Shown here one piece after another: positions 36,395 to 44,577 of a stretch of DNA of 64,000 nucleotides; positions within the stretch are counted from its first letter, which is position 1, and the number at the start of each line of letters is the position of its first letter. Origin of the DNA: Thermoanaerobaculia bacterium (GTDB lineage Bacteria; Acidobacteriota; Thermoanaerobaculia; Multivoradales; UBA5704). The translations under genes and the position numbers were made by a program. The stretch lies in NCBI GenBank assembly GCA_035544875.1, contig DASZZP010000038.1, positions 192,185-256,184 on the forward strand. Direction: 5' to 3'. The notes below the pieces were generated by a model. That model was not told the origin of the DNA, made no database searches, and was given only the letters and a program-made list of their open reading frames with translations.

Positions 36395-37759
36395 TCAAGG
36401 CCGGGCCGCGGCGACGTCGTAGGCCGCCATCGCCTCGCGGTTGCGCAGGAAGAGCTTGCCGCCAGCCAGGCTCGGCCCGGTCCAGCAGCGGCCGGAGAGC
36501 GGCTGGAAGCTCCCCCGCTCGTGGTAGGCCTCCGGGGCGGCGTCGGCCAGCACCAGCTTGCCGCTCTCCGAAAGCACCAGCAGAAGGCCGTCGGCGAGGA
36601 TCACCGAGCCGTGGCCGAGCCCGCGCTCCTTCCAGCGCTCCTCCCCGTTCTGCGCCTTGATGCACTTGAAGGTGCCGTTGTCGAAGCCGTAGAGATAGTC
36701 GCCGGCGAGCACCGACGAGCTGAACTGATTCTTGAGCCCGCGGCTCTTCCACAGTGGCTCGGCAGTCATCTGGCGGGCGTCGCCGCGGATCTGGAAGAGC
36801 GCCGAGCCGGTGTCGTAGCCGGATGAGACAAAGAGTTTGTCGGGGGCCACGAAGAGCGGCGTCGCCGCGTTGACGTCGTAGCTGGTCTCCCAGGGAACCC
36901 GCCAGAGCAGACGCCCGTCCGCCACCGCGAGGCCGGAGACGTACCCGCCGGTGAAGAAGATCGCCTGGCGCACCCCGGCGGCGGTGAGAGCAATAGGGGA
37001 GGCGTAGCCCGGCCGGTCGTCGAGCGCCTTCCACACCACCCGCCCGCTGTGCTTGTCGAACGCCATCGCCGCGCGGCCGCCGCTGCCGCCGGCCGCCACC
37101 AGCAGCAGGTCGCCTTCGACCAGCGGCGAGCTGGAGCTGCCCCAGGTCGGCATCTGGGCTCCGAACTCCTGCGCCAGGTCGTGGCTCCACTCGACCTTGC
37201 CGCTCGCTGCCGCCACGGCGAGCAACTTGCCCTGGGCGCTCTGGACGTAAAGATTGCCATCGTCGAAAGTGGGCGTCGAGCGCGGGCCGTTGCCCTGATC
37301 GTTCATCAGCTCCGAGTCGGTGCGCCGCACCCATAGCTGGTGCCCGTTGGCGGCGTCGTAGGCCGCCAGGTTCTCGGCGTTGTTCGCGCCATACAGCGTG
37401 AAGATGCGCCCGCCGGCGACCGTCAGATGCGAGTAGCCCTCGCCGATCGGCACCTGCCAGAGCTGCCGCGGGCCGCCGGCCGGCCAGCTGTGCAGCAGGT
37501 GCGCCTGGGGCGCGATACCGTCGCGGTGCGGGCCGCGAAACTGCGGCCATTCGCTGCCCGCGGCAGTCGCCGCAGTCGCGGCGCTCGCGCTGCTTGCGTT
37601 GTTCGCAGCAGGGGCGGCGCCGGAGGTTGCCGCGGCGGCGAGGAGCACCGCCGCCATCGCTCCGAGCAGGACCGGAGCGGGCCGCAGCTTCCGCCGGTCG
37701 GTGAGCGCAGTGAGCAGGGTACGGCGGGGAACGGCTGCACGGTGTCTGTTGATGGTCAT
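36395..37759 (-). CDS. Secreted PQQ-like beta-propeller repeat protein 1 (BamB-like)
   Basis: Tat-like signal NRHRAAVPRRTLLTAL. Repeated ...G.lyal...tG..lW motifs (AYDAANGHQLWV, AVAAASGKVEW, AFDKHSGRVVWK, ...). Start assigned to the ATG at 37759 (RBS GGGAGG); the track start 37798 has no RBS. Confidence 0.7.
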   Translation of the reverse strand: MTINRHRAAVPRRTLLTALTDRRKLRPAPVLLGAMAAVLLAAAATSGAAPAANNASSASAATAATAAGSEWPQFRGPHRDGIAPQAHLLHSWPAGGPRQLWQVPIGEGYSHLTVAGGRIFTLYGANNAENLAAYDAANGHQLWVRRTDSELMNDQGNGPRSTPTFDDGNLYVQSAQGKLLAVAAASGKVEWSHDLAQEFGAQMPTWGSSSSPLVEGDLLLVAAGGSGGRAAMAFDKHSGRVVWKALDDRPGYASPIALTAAGVRQAIFFTGGYVSGLAVADGRLLWRVPWETSYDVNAATPLFVAPDKLFVSSGYDTGSALFQIRGDARQMTAEPLWKSRGLKNQFSSSVLAGDYLYGFDNGTFKCIKAQNGEERWKERGLGHGSVILADGLLLVLSESGKLVLADAAPEAYHERGSFQPLSGRCWTGPSLAGGKLFLRNREAMAAYDVAAARP

Positions 37760-37781
37760 GGTGGTCGGCCCTCCCTGGCGG

Positions 37782-39149
37782 TTAGGTGTAGCGCGCATTG
37801 CGGTAACGCTCGTCGTAGAGCTCGGGCAACAGCTGATCGACGCGCAGCAGCCCGGCGTGGGTGAGCTCGATGCGGTCGGCGAACGGCTGCAGCATGCCGC
37901 GCTGCCGCAGCCGCTCCCAGGCCGGCGCGAACTCGGCGCGCACGTCGACCCCGAACTTGTCCTGGAAATAGGCGCCGTCGAGCCGCCCGAGCTTGAGCTG
38001 CAACGCCGCCTCGCGGGTCAGCAGCTCGTGCGGGCTCGGCACCAGGCCACGCTCGAGCGGCAGCCGGCCGCCCTCCACCGCCCCCAGGTAGTCGCTCCAG
38101 GTGGCGGTGTTCTGGAAGTGGCAGCCGTTGACGTGCGAGAACGACGAGATGCCGGTGCCGAGCATGTCACAGCCGTGCCAGACGGCGTCGCGATAGACGA
38201 AGCGGCAGCTCTTGTCGCGGCGCACCAGGGTGTAGGCGCTCGACTGCTCGTAGCCGGCGGCGGTGAGCTGCTCGAAGGCGTATTCCTGCCAGGCGCGCCG
38301 GGTCTGCCAGCCGGCGAAGGTCATCGCCGGGGAGTCGAGCGAGCCGCCCAGCACGCTCTTCGAGAAATCCGTGTTGTAGGGCAGCTCGAGCTGATAGATG
38401 GTGACGCTGTCCGGCGCCAGGTCGAGCGTCTTCTTGACCGTCTCGCGCCACGCCGGCCACGACTCGCCGAGCATGCCGGCGATCAGGTCGATGTTGAGCT
38501 GATCGAACGCCAGCTCCTTGATCCACGGCATCACCCGGTAGATCTCCGCCGAGAGATGGGCCCGTCCGTTGGCGCTCAGGATCTCGTCGTCGAAGTTCTC
38601 GACGCCCAGCGACAGGCGGGTGACGCCGAAGGCGCGGACCGCCTCGAGCTTGGAGCGGGTCAGGGTGCCGGGCTCGCACTCGAAGGTCACTTCCTCGACG
38701 CCGTCCCACGGCATGACGCGGCGCATCCGCTCGACCAGGCCGGTCAGCTGGCGCACGCTGAGCAGCGACGGCGTGCCGCCGCCGAAATAGACGAAGCGCA
38801 GCGGGCGGCCGGCGGTCGCGGGCAGCTCGCCATAGTGCTCGATCTCCCTGCCGAGCGCCTCCAGGTAGCGGTTGATGGCTGCGCTGTCCATCTCGGTGAA
38901 GACCCGGAAATAGCAGAACTTGCAGCGCTTACGGCAGAAAGGCAGGTGCAGGTAGAGGCCGAAATCGGTGCCCGGGCGCGGCGGGGAGGCGAGCGCCGCC
39001 TCGACGCGCGGCAACTCCTCGCCGCTCCAGAACGAGAACGGCGGATAGTTGGCCACGAACAGGTTGCCCACCGGGGGCGGATCGGCCAGCAGCGAGGAGG
39101 CGAGCTCAGCGCCCTCCTGCCTCCGTGCTGGACTCGCGGGCTCGATCAT
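37782..39149 (-). CDS. HemN/HemW-like radical SAM enzyme (class C radical SAM family)
   Basis: LYLHLPFCRKRCKFCYF (CxxxCxxC) ...YFGGGTPSLL... plus the HemN C-terminal domain. ATG at 39149 overlaps the upstream stop (ATGA). Confidence 0.8.
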   Translation of the reverse strand: MIEPASPARRQEGAELASSLLADPPPVGNLFVANYPPFSFWSGEELPRVEAALASPPRPGTDFGLYLHLPFCRKRCKFCYFRVFTEMDSAAINRYLEALGREIEHYGELPATAGRPLRFVYFGGGTPSLLSVRQLTGLVERMRRVMPWDGVEEVTFECEPGTLTRSKLEAVRAFGVTRLSLGVENFDDEILSANGRAHLSAEIYRVMPWIKELAFDQLNIDLIAGMLGESWPAWRETVKKTLDLAPDSVTIYQLELPYNTDFSKSVLGGSLDSPAMTFAGWQTRRAWQEYAFEQLTAAGYEQSSAYTLVRRDKSCRFVYRDAVWHGCDMLGTGISSFSHVNGCHFQNTATWSDYLGAVEGGRLPLERGLVPSPHELLTREAALQLKLGRLDGAYFQDKFGVDVRAEFAPAWERLRQRGMLQPFADRIELTHAGLLRVDQLLPELYDERYRNARYT

Positions 39150-40378
39150 GATGCGCCGTCTCCCTTTCCCGGTCTCGCCGCAAAGCAGTAGAGCGTGCCG
39201 TCGAGCGTGCCGACCACCAGCCGGCCGCCGGCGATCGCCGGCGAGGCCTCGATCGCCGCGCCGGCGGCGAACTGCCAGACCGGCTTGCCGGTGCGGTCGT
39301 CGAGGGCGAAGATGTCGCCGCTGCGCGCCGCCGCGACCGCGAGGCCACCGACCAGCACGGGCGAGGAGTCGACCGCGGCGCGGGCGGCGAAGGTCCAGAG
39401 CTCCTCGCCGGTGCGCGGCGACAGCGCGTGCACCAGCTTATCGCGGCCGCCCACCACCAGCAGGTCGTCGCGCACCGCCGCTGAGGAGTAGTACGGAAAC
39501 TTGAGCCGCGAGTTCTCGTAGCGCCACGCCACCCTGCCGGAACGCAGGTCGACCGCCACCAGCTGGTTCTCGAAAGTGCCGACGAACGCCCGCCCCAGGG
39601 CGACCGCCGGGCTGGCGCCGAGATAGCCGCCGAGGGCGACCTTCCAGACCTCGGCGCCGTTGCGCGCCCGCAGCCGCCGCAGGTTGCCGTCGCAGCCGGC
39701 GATCAGCACCGCGTCGCCTGAGACCGCGGGCGTGGCATTGACGTAGCCCCCGGTCTCCCGGCTCCAGCGCCGCGCGCCGTCGGCCGCGGACAGGCAGTAG
39801 ACGCTGCGGTCGTAGGAGCCGAAGAGCACGCAGCCGGCGGCAAAATTGGCCGCCGAGACGATCTCGGCGCCGGTGCGGAAGCTCCAGCGGCGCCGCCCGG
39901 TGGCGGCGTCGATGGCGTGGAAGACTCCATGCCCGTCGCCGAAGTAGACGACGCCGTCGCGCACCGCCGGCGAGGAGCGAATAGGACCCTCGGCGCGATA
40001 CTTGAAACGCAGCGCGCCGCTGTCCAGGCTGAGGGCGTATAGATTGCCGTCGAGCGAACCGACGTAGGCGCTGCCGTGCCAGATCGCCGCCGTCGAGGCG
40101 ATGCCGGCGCCCGCCTTGAACGTCCACACGGGGGCGAGCTCCCGGCCGAGAGCGCCAGCGGCGCGCCCGGTGAGCTCGGGATCGCCGCGGAACAGGGCCC
40201 AGGCGGCGCCGGCCGCCTCGCCCGCTGCTTTGCCTGCCGCTGTGCAAGCCGCCTTGCCTGCCGTTTTGGAAGACGCTTTGCCTCCAACACCCGCCGCGGC
40301 ATCGACCCCTGTCGCCGCCAGCCGCAGGCAGGCCAGCGCGAGCAGCGCGGCGGTTGCGGGACGTGGGCGAGGTCGCAT
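39146..40378 (-). CDS. Secreted PQQ-like beta-propeller repeat protein 2
   Basis: Signal peptide MRPRPRPATAALLALACLRLAATG. Repeats ...GNLYALSLDSGALRFKY, VFHAIDAATGRRRWSF, VYCLSAADGARRWS, LVAVDLRSGRVAWRY, IFALDDRTGKPVWQF. Confidence 0.75.
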   Translation of the reverse strand: MRPRPRPATAALLALACLRLAATGVDAAAGVGGKASSKTAGKAACTAAGKAAGEAAGAAWALFRGDPELTGRAAGALGRELAPVWTFKAGAGIASTAAIWHGSAYVGSLDGNLYALSLDSGALRFKYRAEGPIRSSPAVRDGVVYFGDGHGVFHAIDAATGRRRWSFRTGAEIVSAANFAAGCVLFGSYDRSVYCLSAADGARRWSRETGGYVNATPAVSGDAVLIAGCDGNLRRLRARNGAEVWKVALGGYLGASPAVALGRAFVGTFENQLVAVDLRSGRVAWRYENSRLKFPYYSSAAVRDDLLVVGGRDKLVHALSPRTGEELWTFAARAAVDSSPVLVGGLAVAAARSGDIFALDDRTGKPVWQFAAGAAIEASPAIAGGRLVVGTLDGTLYCFAARPGKGDGAS

Positions 40379-40422
40379 GGCGCAATGGGTCTGGCGTGCG
40401 GGTCTTGCCGTCGTCACGGGAT

Positions 40423-41727
40423 TCAGTAGGCCTGCTGGTAGAGCCACAGCAAATCGGCTTCGCCGACCAGCCGCGGGTTGAAGCGGGCGGTCCACTGCCG
40501 CGCCGCCTCGCACGCCAGCTCCTCCAGGGCCGCCGCCTCGACGCCGACCTCGCGCAGGCGCGCCGGTAGACCGGCGGCGGCGCGCAGCGCCTCGATCCTC
40601 GCCGCCAGCTCCTCTCCCCCGGCGTATGGGCCGAGCCCGGGGTAGCCGCCGGTGTCTAGAGTCGGCGGAGTCGGCGGAGTCGGGGGAGTCGGCGGTGTCA
40701 GAGTCGTGGCCGGCGGCCGGGCGCTGTTGAAGCGCACCACGTGCGGCAGCAGCAGGGCGACCGCGGCGCCGTGCACGATGCCGTAGCGGGCGGTGAGCGG
40801 GTTGGCGCAGGCGTGCGCCGCCCCCAGCATCGAGACCTCGATTGCCGCGCCGGCGAGATGGGCGCCGAGCAGCATGGCGCCGCTGGCGCCGGCATCCTCC
40901 GGCGCCGCGAACGCGCGCTCGAGGCTCGGCTCGAGCAGCCGCCAGGCCTCGCGCGACAGCATCCGCGACACCGGGTTGGCGCGCCGGCATACCAGACTCT
41001 CGACGGCATGCGAGAGGGCGTCGAGCCCGGCTGCCGCCGCCACCCGGCGCGGTGCGCTCCCGACCAAGGCCGGATCCAGGACCACGATGCGGAAACGCGC
41101 CTTGCGGTCGCCGCAGGCCATCTTCTGGTGGCTCTCCTCCTGCGAGATCAGGGCGTAGGACTGCGCCTCGCTGCCGGTGCCGGCAGTGGTGGGAACGCCG
41201 ATCGCCGGCAGCATCGGCCGCCGGGCGCGGCCAAAGCCCTGGTAGTCCTCCATGCGGCCGCCGTTGGTGAGCAGGAAGTTGATCCCCTTGGCGCAGTCCA
41301 TGGCGCTGCCGCCGCCGAGGCCCACCAGCAGGTCGGCGCCCCACTCTGCTGCGGCGTCGCGGCCGGCCTCCACCTGCCGCGTCGTGGGGTTCTCGCCCAC
41401 CCCGTCGAAGACCCGCGCCGCCACCTCCGCCGCGCCCAGGACGACCGCGGCGCGCTCGACGTGGCCCGCGGCGCGCACCCCGGGGTCGCTGACCAGCAGC
41501 GCACGGCGGCCGCCGAGCTCGCGCGCCAGCTCGCCCAGGGCCGCCACCGCGCCGTGGCCGAAGAGCACGTCGATGCCGCCCACCTCGGCCCGCCACTCGG
41601 CTGCCCGCCACTCCGCCGCCGCGGGCGGCGTCCGGGAGCCGGGATCGGTGCTGGGTTCGCTGGCTGCGCCGGCGTCGCTGGCGCCGCCGGCTCCACTGGC
41701 TACGCTGCCTCTGAACACCGCGCTCAT
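40423..41727 (-). CDS. Iron-containing (group III) alcohol dehydrogenase
   Basis: ...LVGLGGGSAMDCAKGINFLL...GVPTTAGTGSE...LDALSHAVES... Contains an inserted PPTPPTPPTPPT stretch from a 9-nt tandem DNA repeat. ATG at 41727 overlaps the LuxC-like stop (ATGA). Confidence 0.8.
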   Translation of the reverse strand: MSAVFRGSVASGAGGASDAGAASEPSTDPGSRTPPAAAEWRAAEWRAEVGGIDVLFGHGAVAALGELARELGGRRALLVSDPGVRAAGHVERAAVVLGAAEVAARVFDGVGENPTTRQVEAGRDAAAEWGADLLVGLGGGSAMDCAKGINFLLTNGGRMEDYQGFGRARRPMLPAIGVPTTAGTGSEAQSYALISQEESHQKMACGDRKARFRIVVLDPALVGSAPRRVAAAAGLDALSHAVESLVCRRANPVSRMLSREAWRLLEPSLERAFAAPEDAGASGAMLLGAHLAGAAIEVSMLGAAHACANPLTARYGIVHGAAVALLLPHVVRFNSARPPATTLTPPTPPTPPTPPTLDTGGYPGLGPYAGGEELAARIEALRAAAGLPARLREVGVEAAALEELACEAARQWTARFNPRLVGEADLLWLYQQAY

Positions 41728-43361
41728 CGGCCCTCGCCCTCCGGCGCCGACACGAGCGCCGGCGGCTGAGGCAGCGGCGCCGGGGGCGCCGCCAGGCCGG
41801 GGCCCAGGCCGGCCACGCGCAGCGCGCGGCGGCGGTAGAGCAGGTCGAAGAGGTTGCCTTCGTGCGGCTGGGCAAAGGAGACCTGCCAGGTCGGCACGGC
41901 GCCCAGGTGCAGGTGATCGACGTCGCGGCAGGCGAGCAGCTCGCCGCGCAGCTCCTCGTCCGCGGTCAGGACGGTCGCCACTAGCGTCGGACCGAGGCGC
42001 GCCGGCAGCTCGGCGCGCGGTACTTCGACCACCGCGCCGAACGGGAAGAGCAGCTCGGCGCGGGCCAGCGGGTGGTCGGCATCGCGCACCCAGATCAGGG
42101 TCGGCAGCAAGAAGGTGCAGCCGTCGACCTCAACCACGCGCCCGCCACTCCGATCGCCGCGCGCCGCGGCGGTCAGGTCTTCGGCCTCCCCCGGGGCCAG
42201 CCGGCGATCGATCCACTCCGAGATGCGGCGCGCCGCCGCGGGGTCGGGCCACGCCGCCAGCTCTGCGCGCGGGTCGTCGAGCGGACGCGCCTCGACCGCG
42301 GCCAGGCGCCGCGCCAGCGCCTCGGCGAATTCGCGCGCCGGCGTGGAGCGGCCACCGCGCGCCGGGCCGGCGCCGCTGGCGGCCTGGGCGCCGTCAACGG
42401 CTTCCAGCCAGACCCCCGAGGCGTTGATGCACGAGCGGCCGCCATTGGCGAGCAGCGAGCTCGCCACCAGCTCGAGGTGGGAAGGCCACTCGGCGAGCTG
42501 GTCGGCACCCATGATCACCTTGCTGAAACCCGGCCCATGGACCTCGATCCGCCGGTCGCCGCGCCACGGGCTGACCGTCGCCGCGTCGCCAAATAGCAGC
42601 GAGCGGCCGCAGCGCAGCAGGATCTCGGCGGCGCCGGCGTGGTCGGTGGGATAGAACGAGAGCGCCGCCGGCGGGCAGCCCGCCGCCGCCAGGGCGCGCA
42701 GCAGGCGCAGTGGGGTCCAGGGCTCGTCGCGCCCCGGCTTGAGCGCCAACCCGACACCCAGCGCCGGCGCGGCCAGCCACAGCCCATGCACCCCCGGCGA
42801 GTTGCTCGGCAGCACGGCGCCCAGGGTGTCGGCGAGGCGCTGGAAGTGCGCGCCGCCGGCGTCGCGCTCCGGAGCCGAGGAATCGAGGGCGGCGGCCGGC
42901 AGGCCGCGCGTCAGCCCGGCAACCACCTCTTCCATCCCGGCGAGCGTGGCGCGCAGCTTCTCGAGGTTGGCGCGCGCCAGGGTCAGCGGCAGGCCGGTGG
43001 TGGCCGAGACGTCGCGCAGGTAGTCGGCGGGCGCCTGCGTCTCGCCGTCAAAGCCGACCGCCAGCTCGCCTTCGGCGAACAGCGCCGCCGCCCGGCGGCA
43101 GATCGCCAGCCGCTCGCCGAGCGGCAGCGCACCCAGGGGCGCCGCCAGCCGGCTCTCGCGGCTCTCGGGTACGCGCGCCGCCGCGGCGGCCGGAGCAAGG
43201 CTCGCGCCCAGATCGCGGGCGATCAGGGCGGCATTGGCCTGGCTCACCTCGGCCACCAGCTCGCCGCTGCGCAGATCGCGCAGCCGCGCCACCTCGGCGC
43301 TGCGATAGGCGGCGCCGCCGCGCAGCACCGGCAGGTGCAAGGCCACCGGCCGCCGCGCCAT
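41724..43361 (-). CDS. LuxC-like acyl-CoA reductase / aldehyde-dehydrogenase-superfamily protein
   Basis: ...LPSNSPGVHGLWLAAPALGVGLALKPGRDEP... and the catalytic region ...LANGGRSCINASGVW (conserved Cys). 545 aa. ATG at 43361 overlaps the stop of the adenylating-enzyme gene (ATGA). Confidence 0.55.
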   Translation of the reverse strand: MARRPVALHLPVLRGGAAYRSAEVARLRDLRSGELVAEVSQANAALIARDLGASLAPAAAAARVPESRESRLAAPLGALPLGERLAICRRAAALFAEGELAVGFDGETQAPADYLRDVSATTGLPLTLARANLEKLRATLAGMEEVVAGLTRGLPAAALDSSAPERDAGGAHFQRLADTLGAVLPSNSPGVHGLWLAAPALGVGLALKPGRDEPWTPLRLLRALAAAGCPPAALSFYPTDHAGAAEILLRCGRSLLFGDAATVSPWRGDRRIEVHGPGFSKVIMGADQLAEWPSHLELVASSLLANGGRSCINASGVWLEAVDGAQAASGAGPARGGRSTPAREFAEALARRLAAVEARPLDDPRAELAAWPDPAAARRISEWIDRRLAPGEAEDLTAAARGDRSGGRVVEVDGCTFLLPTLIWVRDADHPLARAELLFPFGAVVEVPRAELPARLGPTLVATVLTADEELRGELLACRDVDHLHLGAVPTWQVSFAQPHEGNLFDLLYRRRALRVAGLGPGLAAPPAPLPQPPALVSAPEGEGR

Positions 43362-44502
43362 CAGTACACCCCGACCACCACCGAGCTGGCGAGCGCCTCG
43401 AGCAGGCGCACGTTGCGCACCCCGTCCCACGGGAACCCGGCGACCGGGGCGGCGCGCTCGGCCTGGTCGCGCTCGAGGAAGCGCGGCATGAAAAACTCGC
43501 GCGTCAGGGTGGTGAGCATCACCTGTCCGGTTTCGCCGTACTCCACCCGCCGCTCGGGATCGTCGGGATCCACCAGCTCGAGCACGGCGCGCGGTTGCGG
43601 CGCGTAGTAGGTGATGGCCCAGCGCGACTCGGGCGGCTCGGGCGACTCGGAGACGCCGCCGCCGGCGCCGTCCGCCGCGCCCGCCCCCCCGGGGGCGGGA
43701 CAGGCGAGCCCCATCAACGTGTTGCCGTAGACCGGGTAGAAGACGACGCCCGGGATCAGCTCCTCGCGCGCGAAGCGGTGGAACTGCGGGCTCATCTCGG
43801 TGCCGCCGCAGAAGACGCCGCGGATGCCCAGCCGCGGCAGCGCGACCCGCTCGGCAAGCGCGGCGAGCAGCTTCGGCGTGGTGAACAGGCAGCGGATGCT
43901 CTCGTGCGCCCGCAGCAGCTTGAGCCCCTGCTCGACGACGTGGCGCTTGTAGGCCTCGAGCTCCCGCGGCCGGCCGTCCCTGATCAGCTCGTTGACCCAG
44001 CGCGGATCGAGGTCGACCAGGAAGCAGATGCCGCCGCGGTGCTGGGCCAGGTGCTCGATCGCCAGGCGCAAGCGGCGCGGCCCGGTCGGCCCCAGCATCA
44101 GCCAGTCGGCGCCGCGCGGGAAGCCGTCCTCCGGGAGGCGCTCGCTCAGCTGCTCGTAGTCGATGCGGAAGTCCTCGATGTTGATGCGCGACTTCGGCAG
44201 GCCGGTCGAGCCGCCGGTCTCGAACACCGCGATCGGGCGGTCGGCCAGGGCGCGCGGCACCCAGCGCCGGATCGGACCGCCGCGCAGCCACTCGTCCTCG
44301 AAGTGGCCCAGCCGCCGCAGGTCGTCGTAGCCGCCGATCTCGCGCCGCGGATCGAAGTCGAGGCGTCGGGCGTAGTCGAGCCAGAACGGCGAGCCGGTCG
44401 CGGGGTCGAAGTGCCAGCGCACGACCTCGCGCACGTGCTCGTCGAGCCGCTCGCGGGCAGCCCTCACCGCCGCGGCCAACGAGCTCTCGAGGATGGCGGT
44501 CA
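43361..44502 (-). CDS. LuxE/PaaK-like adenylate-forming enzyme (acyl-protein synthetase / phenylacetate-CoA-ligase fold)
   Basis: AMP-binding P-loop FETGGSTGLPKSR, ...VFCGGTEMSP..., about 380 aa. No in-frame ATG is available, so a TTG start at 44502 (RBS GGAGAG) is proposed. Start is uncertain. Confidence 0.5.
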
Positions 44503-44577
44503 AGATCTTCTCTCCGGCGTCGTAGCCCGCTCGTCCTGCCCGCTCGTCCTGCCCGGTCGTCCTGCCAAGAGCCTCCG

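Noticed and set aside
34188-37550. Single 1120-aa ORF spanning the TonB receptor and the first propeller gene
   Set aside because: The first 395 aa are an Arg-rich alternate-frame read of the propeller gene. The receptor starts at the ATG at 36365, with a signal peptide.
39146-41875. Single 909-aa ORF spanning propeller 2 and the Fe-ADH
   Set aside because: Same shadow-frame artefact. The true propeller start is the ATG at 40378, and the Fe-ADH is in a different frame (40423..41727).
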